Position numbers and translations under genes: made by a program. From the NCBI GenBank assembly GCA_963751345.1, contig CAVVUS010000006.1, forward strand, positions 1-25,359: 25,359 nt of DNA, read 5' to 3'. The DNA is from an uncultured Chloroflexia bacterium. Its GTDB lineage: Bacteria; Chloroflexota; Anaerolineae; B4-G1; SLSP01. Below the pieces are notes generated by a model, which had not been told where the DNA came from, searched no databases, and was given only the letters and a program-made list of their open reading frames with translations. Of the stretch, positions 1 to 9,031 are shown piece after piece. Positions within the stretch are counted from its first letter, which is position 1. The number at the start of each line of letters is the position of its first letter.

Positions 1-378
1 GCTGCCGCTGTACGCGTCTGGCGATCCGGACCGCATGCAGATGGCGCTGGCAAACTTGCTGGACAATGCGCTGAAGTTCACGCCGCGGGGTGGGATCGTG
101 ACGATTGGGGCCGAGGTCATCGGCGATGAGGCCGCGTATGGGTTCGAGACTCGGGCCCGGGCATCGCTCCTGAGGATCTGCCCCATATCTTCGAGCGCTT
201 CTACCGGGGCAGGGACGTCGACACCGCAGGAAGCGGGCTTGGCCTCGCTATCGTGCAGCAGATCGCTGTGGCCAATGGAGGGCACGTCTACGTAACCAGC
301 AGCCTCGGCGAGGGTAGCACCTTCACGCTGGCGGTGCCGATAGTACCAGGAGCGTCGGCTTCCGGCCATACAGGCTGA
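1..378 (+). CDS. Sensor histidine kinase, C-terminal HATPase_c domain (5'-truncated by window edge; one frameshift near 131-136)
   Basis: Frame of ORF 35..295 gives the N-box 'GDPDRMQMALANLLDNALKFT'. Reading from 136 gives 'VWVRDSGPGIAPEDLPHIFERFYRG...GSGLGLAIVQQI...GGHVYVTSSLGEGSTFTL' (G1/F/G2 boxes), ending TGA at 376-378. Confidence 0.9.
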
Positions 379-1360
379 TCTCGATCTCTCGGTGACACGT
401 CAGCCCCCAGGCTCTGACGTAGTCGGGCGCCCAGGTGAGCACGACCGCCCGGCCCTTGGGTTTGAGTACGCGCCGGACTTCGTCCCCTATACGATCGTAG
501 AAGATCCGGGGATCCGCTCCAATCTCAACCTTCCGGCCCCAGGGCGGATTCGTGACGACGGAGTCAACTGAGGCATCGGGCAAAGGAAGAGAGAGCGCAT
601 CCCATTGGTGACAGTGCACCCGGATACCGGCGCGTGCAGCGTTGGAGACGGTTGCCGCGACTGCTTGGCGATCGATGTCCCCCCCCGTCACTTCCGCCCC
701 CATAGAGGCGGCTTCGATCAGCACCGTTCCTGCGCCACAACACGGATCCAGCACCTTGCCCTCGCCTGTCGCGCCTGCCAACCATGCCATCGCTGCAGCC
801 ACCGGGGGCTTGAGCGAACCCGGCACGTGATCCAGCTTGTAGGGCCGGTTCTGGAGTGGGGCCTGGCTCAGTCGGACGCCGATGTAGGCGGTTTCGTGCT
901 CGATGAAGAGCCGTACGTTGAGGTCCGCGTTGCGGTCGTCGGCGGTGTAGGACCACCCGTAATGGCCTTGCTCGATACCTGCCGCGCATACGAGCTTGAT
1001 CTCATCGGTTGTGTAGTTGCGCTGCCCGACGAAGTTGACGGTCACGGAGAAGGTGGGGGGCCGGCGGATCGGTCGCAGCTCCTCGCAGATACCGGCTGCC
1101 CGATGCAGATCCAACCGGGTGGCCATCTCCCTGATCGAGGTAAGTGCCGTGCGGTCGGCGACGATCCCGAGCCACATGCCCTCATCAAGGAAGACGTCAT
1201 CCACTGTTCGAAGGGCAAGGAGGGGAGCGAGGGACCCGCGGCAACCGACCACAATCCGCCGGTAGCCCGTGGCCTCGATATGGGCCTGGGGCACCGTCAC
1301 GATCTCCGCCGCACTGACGGACTCGAGACCGCGGGTCGTGACGACAAAGAGCCGAATCAT
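323..1360 (-). CDS. THUMP-domain SAM-dependent RNA methyltransferase (TrmN/Trm14/RlmL-like, probable m2G methyltransferase)
   Basis: N-terminal 'TTRGLE' and THUMP-like segment, 'SLKPPVAAAM', motif I 'VLDPCCGAGT', motif IV 'VTNPPWG'. Confidence 0.88.
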   Translation of the reverse strand: MIRLFVVTTRGLESVSAAEIVTVPQAHIEATGYRRIVVGCRGSLAPLLALRTVDDVFLDEGMWLGIVADRTALTSIREMATRLDLHRAAGICEELRPIRRPPTFSVTVNFVGQRNYTTDEIKLVCAAGIEQGHYGWSYTADDRNADLNVRLFIEHETAYIGVRLSQAPLQNRPYKLDHVPGSLKPPVAAAMAWLAGATGEGKVLDPCCGAGTVLIEAASMGAEVTGGDIDRQAVAATVSNAARAGIRVHCHQWDALSLPLPDASVDSVVTNPPWGRKVEIGADPRIFYDRIGDEVRRVLKPKGRAVVLTWAPDYVRAWGLTCHREIEISLYGRKPTLLVLSAPPA

Positions 1361-1367
1361 CTCTCAG

Positions 1368-1441
1368 TCGGGGCATGCGGATTTGAACCGCAGACCTCAC
1401 GGACCCGAACCGTGCGCGCTACCAAACTGCGCTATGCCCCG
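1368..1441 (-). tRNA. tRNA-Pro (anticodon CGG), CCA not encoded
   Basis: Reverse complement CGGGGCATAGCGCAGTTTGGTAGCGCGCACGGTTCGGGTCCGTGAGGTCTGCGGTTCAAATCCGCATGCCCCGA folds to a cloverleaf. Acceptor CGGGGCA/TGCCCCG, anticodon arm CACGG-TTCGGGT-CCGTG, T-loop TTCAAAT. Confidence 0.97.
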
Positions 1442-1451
1442 AACACCCGTC

Positions 1452-1479
1452 ATTATACACGGCATCACGTTTTGCGCAA
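1452..1479 (-). promoter_or_regulatory. Putative sigma70-type promoter for tRNA-Pro/methyltransferase
   Basis: TTGCGC-N16-TATAAT on the minus strand, with the -10 ending 10 nt before the tRNA 5' end. Confidence 0.65.
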
Positions 1480-1497
1480 GCAATAGCGCTACCCGAC

Positions 1498-1525
1498 TTG
1501 CCATGCCGGGACATCAGAGTAAGAT
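1498..1525 (+). promoter_or_regulatory. Possible promoter for uppP operon
   Basis: TTGCCA-N16-TAAGAT. A second -10-like TATACT lies at 1560-1565. Confidence 0.35.
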
Positions 1526-1742
1526 GGCGGTACGCGTTTCATTTTGCAGACCACTGGTCTATACTGTTATAGCGTCGTGTGTTGTGGCGGGGCGCCGGTC
1601 CCATCTTGTCGTGTGGGCCAATTCAGGGGCGCCGCGTTTTGCTGTCATAGCTAGGGATGAAGTCGAAGACCTACAAGAATCCTCATCGGACGCCCGCACG
1701 CGGTTCCGCGCTGATGCGCGGTCGTGTGGCTACTCACCCTAG

Positions 1743-2561
1743 ATGGAGGCGTATGTGACACCTTGGCACGCAGTTCTCCTCGGCATCCTGCAGGGCATCA
1801 CCGAATTCCTTCCTATCAGCAGCTCGGGTCACCTCGTGATTGTGCCTTATCTCCTCGGTTGGCCCGACCCGGGACTTGCCCTGGACGCGATGTTGCACAT
1901 CGGCACTCTCCTGGCCATTGTCATCTACTTCTGGACCGATCTGTGGCGACTTTTCGGTGCTGCAGTTCAGAGCCTGAGACGACGTTCGCTGGCAGATCCG
2001 CAAGCGCGGGTGGCGTGGGCGATCGTGATTGGTACGATTCCGGGTGCCGTGATCGGCTTTCTGCTGGAGAGTACCTTTGAGCGCCTTTTCGGCATCCCTC
2101 GAGCCGCAGCGGCGTTCTTGCTGGTTACCGCGTTGATCCTGGTTGTATCGGAGGTCGTGGGCTCGCGGCAGCGACCCATCACGTCCATCTCATGGGTCGA
2201 TGCGCTGCTGATCGGTTTGGCTCAGGCGCTGGCCATCGCGCCAGGTTTGAGCCGGTCGGGGACGACCATTGCAGCCGGCCTGCTGATGGGTTTCCGGCGA
2301 GAAGATGCTGCCAGGTTTAGCTTCCTTCTGGCCGTGCCGATCACGCTAGGATCAGGCCTATACCAGGTGCTCAAGTCGGTCCTCGCCGGGTGGGCAGGGG
2401 TGTCCGTGGGGACGGTCGTACTGGGCATGCTGGCTGCGGCGATTGCAGGGTTCCTCGCCATCGCCGGGCTGCTGGCCATGGTCCGGCGGCGTCCGCTCTA
2501 CATCTTCGCCGTCTACTGTGCCGTCGTCGGCGGTCTGGTGTTGAGCGGCGTGGTGGCCTAG
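1743..2561 (+). CDS. uppP: Undecaprenyl-diphosphatase UppP/BacA (start may be GTG 1755 after GGAGG)
   Basis: Signature motifs 'GILQGITEFLPISSSGHL' and 'AQALAIAPGLSRSGTT...AARFSFLL'; multiple TM helices. Confidence 0.96.
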   Translation: MEAYVTPWHAVLLGILQGITEFLPISSSGHLVIVPYLLGWPDPGLALDAMLHIGTLLAIVIYFWTDLWRLFGAAVQSLRRRSLADPQARVAWAIVIGTIPGAVIGFLLESTFERLFGIPRAAAAFLLVTALILVVSEVVGSRQRPITSISWVDALLIGLAQALAIAPGLSRSGTTIAAGLLMGFRREDAARFSFLLAVPITLGSGLYQVLKSVLAGWAGVSVGTVVLGMLAAAIAGFLAIAGLLAMVRRRPLYIFAVYCAVVGGLVLSGVVA

Positions 2562-2564
2562 CCT

Positions 2565-3416
2565 ATGCTGAAGCGCCTGCGCACTTCGGCAGGCTTCGTG
2601 CTCCTGGGCCTGATGTCTGTCCTGTCCGCAGCATGCACGCCGCAGGTGGCACGCATTCCGACACCTACACCGGCCCCGATGGCTGTGGAGGTGGTGCCCT
2701 TGTCGGTCACCTGCCCTGAAAGCCTGACACCCGCAATTCGAGCTGCGGCCTCTGCCTTCCAACGCGAGCGCCCCGAGTTCGAGGTCACCGTGCTTACCCG
2801 TGCGGATAGCCTCGCGATGCAAGCGCTGCGGCAGAGCGATGCCGGCGTGGCGGTGTTGAGTTGGCTTCCGGAGGCCCTGCCTGAGGGGGCGTGGGCCAAG
2901 ACCGTTGCGCGAGACGGGATAGCGGTGGTCGTCAATCCGCAGAACGGGGTGCCGGGCATGACGATGACGCAGTTACAGGATCTCTACCGCGGTCGTCTGG
3001 AGGACTGGGAGACCTGGGGCGGGTTGCCGGGGCCGCCACAGCTTGTCAGCCGCGAGACGGCGTCAGGAGACGCCTCCTTCTTCCAGGCATGGGTCATGCG
3101 GGACGCACGTGTCTCGCTCAACGCGCTACTGGCCCCCAGCTCGGGGGCTGTGCTCCAATTCGTCGCAGACGATACTCTCGCCGTCGGATATGTCTCCACA
3201 ACCCAGGTCGATGGGCGGGTTCGAGCTCTGGTCGTCAACGGTGTACCGCCAACGATGGAGACGATCGCTGCAGGGCTCTACCCGCTTACCCGTACGCTCT
3301 TCGTGGTCACGATGACCGAGCCCGAGGGTGCAGCTCGCGAGTTCGTGCAGTGGCTGTTGGCTGCACCCGGACAGGACATCCTCAAGACCTACGGATTCGT
3401 GTCTGCGCCAGAGTAG
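2565..3416 (+). CDS. PstS-like (PBP superfamily) substrate-binding lipoprotein
   Basis: Lipobox 'LSAAC'; PstS-family segments 'VARDGIAVVVNPQN', 'QLQDLYRGRLEDW', 'AVGYVS', 'GLYPLTRTLF', 'FVQWLL...GQ'. Confidence 0.8.
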   Translation: MLKRLRTSAGFVLLGLMSVLSAACTPQVARIPTPTPAPMAVEVVPLSVTCPESLTPAIRAAASAFQRERPEFEVTVLTRADSLAMQALRQSDAGVAVLSWLPEALPEGAWAKTVARDGIAVVVNPQNGVPGMTMTQLQDLYRGRLEDWETWGGLPGPPQLVSRETASGDASFFQAWVMRDARVSLNALLAPSSGAVLQFVADDTLAVGYVSTTQVDGRVRALVVNGVPPTMETIAAGLYPLTRTLFVVTMTEPEGAAREFVQWLLAAPGQDILKTYGFVSAPE

Positions 3417-3470
3417 TGCCTGGCTGCGGTGACTCCATCACGAAAGCACGTCCGGGATCACCGTCTCGCC

Positions 3471-4955
3471 TTAGGGTGTCGACCCGCTCGCCAGGGAGGC
3501 CATCGGCTCGCCATCGAAGAACCGGTAGGTGAGTTGGCCGATCGCCGTGAAGGCCGGAACACTGTCCTCCCATTCCAGCCATTCAGGCTGGTAGAGGAAT
3601 GCCACAAGTACGAAATCCGTCCTGGGGCCGTACACGATAGCTACGTCTGCATGGGTGTCTCCACGGAAACCGTACTTGTGCGCGATCCGGCTGCCGGCTG
3701 GCATGCCGCCGCCAAGCAGCGATCTCTGCTGGTCTTGCTCCATCCAGAAGACGATTTCCTGGCACTTGGCCGGGGTGACGGCTCGGGGATAGAGGGCCCG
3801 CAAACACCCGCCTCCCTGGGAACACTGGTAGAGGCTTTCGAGGAGGATGCCCATCTCCAGTGGCGTCGTCTGGATGAAGGGGTCGGGGTCCGTCGTAACA
3901 TCGGTCCGGGCATTTGCCTCCGTCACGATCCCGGGTGGAGGTTGGTCGCCCGTAAGGTCGTAGGGGGCGGCAAGGAAGGTATTCTCCAACCCGAGGCTCC
4001 CAAAGAAATCGGTCACTTGCTGTGCACCGGTGTAGGGATCACCTGCCCCGATCTCGCCCAGTAGTTCGTTCGCTGCGCCGTTGTCACTCCCGACGAGCAT
4101 CTCATTCACCAGCGATGCCGTCTCCGTGCTCAGGGGAGCTTCCTGCTTCCTGTAGTACTCCAGTGCGATGCCAATCTTCACGTGCCGAGCCCGGCGAAAG
4201 CCACATCGCAGTTGATGCACAGTTCCTGCCCTGTTGAGAGATCCTTCGCGAAGATACCTGCGACACCGTTGAGGCCGCCAAGCGTTGTGGTCAGCGCCTG
4301 CTCCAGGATATCGATAGATGCATCGGGCGCGGGTGTCGTGTCGACGACCAGATCGACGTACCGGTCAGCGGGGTCGGCGGCCAGAATGGCAGAGATGAGC
4401 AAAGGGAGCGACGCATCCGTGTTGAGTGTCGTACCCTCCATCGCCGGGACGGAAAGTGCCGGACTCGGGCAGGGCTACCGGCGCCATCGGGCCGTGGTCA
4501 TACTTCTGGGCGGTGCGCTCCAAGAACGCGTTGACGCGGTCGCGCGAGTAGAGGACCACGGCGCTAACGTCGGTGGTCTCGGGTGGCTCCTGTCGCAGGA
4601 TCGCTATGACGTATCGAACGAAGGCCATGCTGTCCTGGTCGACTGACAGTGCCTCGTCGAGGTTCTCGGCTGTCGCGTCTGCATCCGCCCTCAACTCGAT
4701 GATCTCGGGGAGGAGTGGGGGAAGCACTTCACCTGCATAGGTCACCGTGACCGGCAGGGTGTAGGCCTGCTCAATGGCCGATAGGGCCTGATCGCGAGTC
4801 ATGCCTCCCATTGGGATGCCGTTGATCGAGAGGGTCGGCGGCAGCACGTCCTGGCCCGAACTCCACGTTGTGTAGAACCAGGTGCCCCCGAGTATCAGGA
4901 CGCTGACGAGGAGTAGCAGGACCAAGCCACAGCCGGGTTTCTTCTGACGTCTCAC
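3471..4955 (-). CDS. Membrane-anchored class A beta-lactamase-fold (serine hydrolase/PBP-like) protein, split by two frameshifts (~4447, ~4181)
   Basis: ORFs 4365..4955, 4178..4441 and 3471..4220 join into one protein: N-terminal TM helix, VanW/PG-binding-like middle region, then 'GIFAKDLSTGQE', 'SDNGAANELL', 'TTPLEM', 'IAHKYG', 'HADVAIV'. Confidence 0.8.
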
Positions 4956-4963
4956 AACCTTTC

Positions 4964-4991
4964 ATTATAGCGGACCCTGCCGTGATGTCCA
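4964..4991 (-). promoter_or_regulatory. Putative promoter of the beta-lactamase-fold gene
   Basis: TGGACA-N16-TATAAT on the minus strand; the -10 ends 8 nt before the GTG at 4955. Confidence 0.55.
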
Positions 4992-5018
4992 CGGTCGGAA
5001 GCCCGTCCGAGGGCTTTT

Positions 5019-5046
5019 TCGACAACCTTCGGCACTTGGCTATAAT
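5019..5046 (+). promoter_or_regulatory. Putative promoter of the xseB cluster
   Basis: TCGACA-N16-TATAAT, divergent from the previous promoter. Confidence 0.55.
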
Positions 5047-5064
5047 CAGGGCGCCACACAAGAT

Positions 5065-5328
5065 ATGGAAATGGAGAATGTCATGGAGTCACCAGAGGAC
5101 CTGAGCTACGAGAAGGCGCTGCAAGAGCTCGAGGAGATCGTGTCGAAGCTGGAAGGGGAGGGACTGTCTCTGGATGAGACGGTGGTCCTGTACCAGCGCG
5201 GTCGCGAACTCGCGGGTCACTGTCAGCACCTGTTGGACACCGTCGAACTGCGTGTCCAGCAAGTAAGCGAGGCTGAAGACGGGACGACACGGGTCGAGCC
5301 GTTCCCCCTGGAGGGCGACAGCCCATGA
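5065..5328 (+). CDS. xseB: Exodeoxyribonuclease VII small subunit (start may be 5083)
   Basis: 'LSYEKALQELEEIVSKLEGEGLSLDETVVLYQRGRELAGHCQHLLDTVELRV' matches the XseB pattern. Confidence 0.93.
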   Translation: MEMENVMESPEDLSYEKALQELEEIVSKLEGEGLSLDETVVLYQRGRELAGHCQHLLDTVELRVQQVSEAEDGTTRVEPFPLEGDSP

Positions 5329-6236
5329 GGCGCGCGCGGGTCTGGCCTGTGGCGAAGGCCCCACTGTTGGTGCTGATGACGATGGCACTCGCCGTCGTCC
5401 TGTCCGGCTGCATGATCCCGATCCCCACTGTCCAACCTCTCACGACCATCGAGCCGGTCGACGAGGTCGAGACCGTCGACGCGGGTGGCGCGCAGCGCGC
5501 TGTGGTACGGCTACGATTGCTCTCGAGGACGCTCACGATTCGCGGCGCAGATGATGTCGGCCTCCTTCGCGGTCGCTTCAGGTACAACGTGAAGGAATGG
5601 ACGCCGAACATCAAGCAGGAGATCAATGACGGGACAGCCCAGGTTACGATCAACCAGGGGATGGGCTCACAGATCCCGCTCGGCAAGCACGACGAGTATC
5701 AGAATGTATGGGACATCGACCTCGCGAGGGGGCTGCCACTTGATCTCAATGTCGATATGGGAGCCGGGGAAGCTACGCTTGACCTGACCGGTCTCTCGCT
5801 GCAGAACCTGTCAGTTACTTCTGGGAGTACAGATCTATCACTGATCTTCGGTGCGCCAAACCCGCAGCCCCTCGGCAGTCTCCGGGTGACCGCAGGCGCG
5901 GGAAAGATCGCGGCAAGCGGCCTGGGTAACGCCAACTTCGATCAGCTCTCAGTCCTGGGAGGCGCAGGAACCGTCGATCTCGACTTCGGCGGCGCTTTCC
6001 AGCGCTCGGCCCTCGCCGACATCAAAGCCGGCGCCGGCAAGATCACGATCCGCGTCCCGGCCACCGTCGGTGTGAGGGTCACCTTGGCGGGCACGCCCCT
6101 GAGCGGCATCGATACGTTGGGATTTACCGAGCAGGGCGAGAAGGTCTATGTGAACGATGCCTATGGCGTGGCGCCGCTCACGCTGACGGTCAAGATCACG
6201 ACCGGCGTTGGTTCGGTCTCGCTGATCTCGCAATAG
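5325..6236 (+). CDS. Lipoprotein with DUF2154/'toast rack' adhesin-like beta-solenoid repeats
   Basis: Lipobox 'LSGC'; repeats such as 'LDLNVDMGAGEATLDL', 'VTAGAGKI', 'GGAGTVDLDF', 'KAGAGKITIRVP', 'TGVGSVSL'. ATGA overlap with xseB. Confidence 0.72.
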   Translation: MRRARVWPVAKAPLLVLMTMALAVVLSGCMIPIPTVQPLTTIEPVDEVETVDAGGAQRAVVRLRLLSRTLTIRGADDVGLLRGRFRYNVKEWTPNIKQEINDGTAQVTINQGMGSQIPLGKHDEYQNVWDIDLARGLPLDLNVDMGAGEATLDLTGLSLQNLSVTSGSTDLSLIFGAPNPQPLGSLRVTAGAGKIAASGLGNANFDQLSVLGGAGTVDLDFGGAFQRSALADIKAGAGKITIRVPATVGVRVTLAGTPLSGIDTLGFTEQGEKVYVNDAYGVAPLTLTVKITTGVGSVSLISQ

Positions 6237-6257
6237 AAGGATGGGCGACAAGACCTT

Positions 6258-6674
6258 GTGCCGGGAGCCTATGTGAGGCCGCGCGACCGATTCGTCAAGC
6301 TGGTGGATGGGCAGGGCGATGCCCTGCCGCTGCGGGTGCGTTGGTGCGGTTCGTTTGCCTGTCGCCTCCGGGGCCTCACCTTTCGCCGCCATCTCGACGA
6401 CGATGAGGGGCTTCTGTTCGTTGAGGACAGGGAGAGCCGGCTGGGCACCGCCATCCATATGGCGTTTGTCTTCTTTTCCATCGGCGTGGTGTGGTTGGAC
6501 GGCAATTTCGTCGTCGTCGACAAGGTCCTGGCGCGCCCCTTTCGCCCCTTCTATGCGCCCAGCGCGCCCGCGCAATACTTCCTGGAGGGCCCTCCGGCCC
6601 TCCTGACCTGGATGAGGGTGGGGGAGCGCTATCGGATCGTGGAGCAAGAGGATGGTCACGACGCGCCAGGCTAA
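6258..6674 (+). CDS. DUF192 (UPF0127) family protein; start uncertain
   Basis: 'RLRGLTFR...DEGLLF...IHMAFVFFSIGVVWLD...VVD...YFLE' is typical of DUF192. Confidence 0.82.
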   Translation: MPGAYVRPRDRFVKLVDGQGDALPLRVRWCGSFACRLRGLTFRRHLDDDEGLLFVEDRESRLGTAIHMAFVFFSIGVVWLDGNFVVVDKVLARPFRPFYAPSAPAQYFLEGPPALLTWMRVGERYRIVEQEDGHDAPG

Positions 6675-8095
6675 GCCCGTGAGATTCTGGTCGGCCGTGG
6701 CCCGGCTGGTATTGCTGGGCTTCTTGCTGGCCCTCGCGAAGCCTGTTGCCGCGGCTGCAGTGGCCGATGGCGGTCCCGGCTCCTACGAGGTGCGCCCTGG
6801 AGACTCGTTGGCGGCCATCGCCGAGCGATTCGGCGTCTCCGTGCGCGCTCTGATGCGCGCCAATGATCTCCAGGATCCCCGGCAGCTACACCCGGGGCAG
6901 ATGCTCTCACTTGCCCCGGCCCTGGGCTTGCCGGGTACGGAGGTCGCGTTGGCGCCCAACACCGAGATCCTCAGCCTGAGCCGCGCATCGGGCGTCAGCC
7001 CGGAGGTGGTCGCCCATGCCAACGGCCTGCTGCTTCCCACGGCACTACCCACGGGGCTGAGTCTTTGGCTGCCTGCAGCCGTGCCCGCCGGAGAGGCGGT
7101 TGCTCCGATCCCGGCATCCCCGCGGGTGGCAACCGCCGTGCGCTACGACCTGCACCTTGCGGACGTGATGTGGCTCAACCCTGTGCCCGGCACCCTCGGC
7201 CAGCGGCTGCTGCTGCCGTCCGGTGCCCTTCCTCAGGGCGCGAGGGCCGAGGACGAGAGCGAGCTTGCCCTATCCCGTTGAGACTCTGACACTCTCACCG
7301 CAGCCTGTTGCACGGGGGGAGACCGCTGTCGTGGCGCTTCAGACGCAGGCGCCCGTGGATTGCTCGTTCAGCTATCTCAGCGTCGCGGACGCGTGCCTTC
7401 CTGGGGACGCCGGTGGCAGTTCGTGGTTCGCCATCATCGGATTGCCGGCGCTGCTCGATCCCGGGAGCCTAGTCGTGACGCTGCATCTGACAACCGCGGA
7501 TGCTGCCGACGTTGACGTGCCGGTCTCACTGATGGTGGCTCCCGGCCGCTATGACTACGAGCGCCTGGACCTACCTTCGGACCGGCAGGCGCTGCTGGAT
7601 CCTCAGCTTAGCCAGCTAGAGACTGCGAAGATCGCGGCGCTTCAGACGCTGCGGACGCCGACGCGTTATTGGACCTATCCCTTTCGCCGTCCACTGGAGT
7701 CGGCGGTGACTTCCTACTATGGATCGCGCCGCTCCTACGGGTACGGATTCGGCAGCTACCACGCCGGGACCGATTTCGACGGCGAGGTGGGGATGCCGGC
7801 CATCGCACCGTCGGACGGCGTTGTGGTCCTGGCCGAGCCTCTCGTGGTGCGCGGCAACGCGATTGTCATCGATCACGGCTGGGGCATCCTCACGGGGTAC
7901 TGGCACCTCTCGCGGATTGATGTCGAGGTCGGCCAGCACGTCACCACAGGGCAGCGCATGGGTCTTGTCGGTAACACCGGGCTCTCTACCGGGGCGCACC
8001 TACATTGGGAGCTCTGGGTCAACGGGGTCGCGGTCGACGTGCTCTCGTGGCTGAAGGCTGATGGCCCGGCTGCCGCGTTGGGAGCTGTCCCGTGA
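6652..8095 (+). CDS. Secreted LysM + M23 peptidase (cell-wall endopeptidase), frameshifted between ~7223 and 7265
   Basis: Signal peptide and LysM 'YEVRPGDSLAAIAERFGVS...ANDL' in ORF 6652..7281; M23 motifs 'YHAGTDF' (HxxxD) and 'GLSTGAHLHWE' (HxH) in ORF 7223..8095. Confidence 0.87.
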
Positions 8096-8934
8096 CCTCG
8101 TGTCTGGCATCCTATCGTCGGCCGGGCGGGTGGCTAGGCCGAAACCTGCGTTACTATCCCGAGGTAGCGTCGACGAATGATCTGGCTGTCGAGGCCGGAC
8201 GGGCCGGTGCCGAGGCGGGATTGGTCATCGTTGCCGACCTCCAAACTGCGGGTAAGGGACGACTCGGGCGCCGTTGGCAAGCGCCGGCGGGCACGTGTCT
8301 GCTCGTGTCGATGCTCTTTCGCCCCCGCGAGCCCTATGCCTACCACGCGTCACGCACGACGATGGTGTGTGGACTCGCGCTGGCTGAGGCCGTCCACGAG
8401 GTCGCGGCGTGCCCGGCGCAGCTCAAGTGGCCCAATGATCTCATCGTCACGTATGACGCGCTTTCCGCTTCCGGCGCCAACGGACTGCCGACGCCCCCCC
8501 CTGGAGGGAGGTGGGCGAAGCTCGGCGGCATGCTCTCGGAGATCGGCCTGGACGGGGATGGAAACCCGACCTTTCTCGTTGTGGGCATCGGGCTCAACGT
8601 CAACGTCCCGACAGAGGCGCTTGCCGGGCTGGCACCTAATGCGACGAGCCTCCTTGGGCTGGGTGGGCGGGGCATCTCCCGAGCTCGACTCCTGGAGCAC
8701 ATGCTCGCGGGGATCGAGCGACGTCACGCCCAGTTCCTGGAGGGGGAGGATCCACTTCCGGCATGGCAGGCGTCCCTTGCCTGGATGGGCCGGCCTGTTG
8801 AGGTCCGGGCGCCGAATGAGGATGTGATGGGCATCGCCATAGGCGTCGATGGCGAGGGCAGCCTGTTGCTGCGCCTGGCCGATGGCCGGACACGCCGTTT
8901 TGCTGCAGGCGACGTTACGCTGCGCCTGCCCTGA
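8092..8934 (+). CDS. birA: Biotin--[acetyl-CoA-carboxylase] ligase, no N-terminal HTH (group I)
   Basis: 'STND', 'QTAGKGRLGRRW', 'LKWPND', 'KLGGMLSE', 'VGIGLNVN'; C-terminal SH3-like 'GVDGEGSLLL...AGDV'. Confidence 0.94.
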   Translation: MTSCLASYRRPGGWLGRNLRYYPEVASTNDLAVEAGRAGAEAGLVIVADLQTAGKGRLGRRWQAPAGTCLLVSMLFRPREPYAYHASRTTMVCGLALAEAVHEVAACPAQLKWPNDLIVTYDALSASGANGLPTPPPGGRWAKLGGMLSEIGLDGDGNPTFLVVGIGLNVNVPTEALAGLAPNATSLLGLGGRGISRARLLEHMLAGIERRHAQFLEGEDPLPAWQASLAWMGRPVEVRAPNEDVMGIAIGVDGEGSLLLRLADGRTRRFAAGDVTLRLP

Positions 8935-8957
8935 GTGCCACGCCAATCAGCGCCTTA

Positions 8958-8985
8958 TTGAAGTCTTTGCGAACTCGGTTATCAT
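8958..8985 (+). promoter_or_regulatory. Putative promoter of the metallophosphoesterase gene
   Basis: TTGAAG-N16-TATCAT, upstream of the RBS GAGGAG and ATG 9032. Confidence 0.45.
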
Positions 8986-9031
8986 CGGGTGCAACGCCAT
9001 CCGAGCCGCCAACGTTGAGGAGTCTGCCACC

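Noticed and set aside
1368-1441. tRNA as an integration site for a genomic island
   Set aside because: No integrase, no duplicated tRNA 3' end seen in the window, and the flanking genes are housekeeping-type.
8849-9031. N-terminal extension of the 304-aa ORF ('MARAACCCAWP...')
   Set aside because: It overlaps birA and a promoter-like element; the domain and RBS point to ATG 9032.
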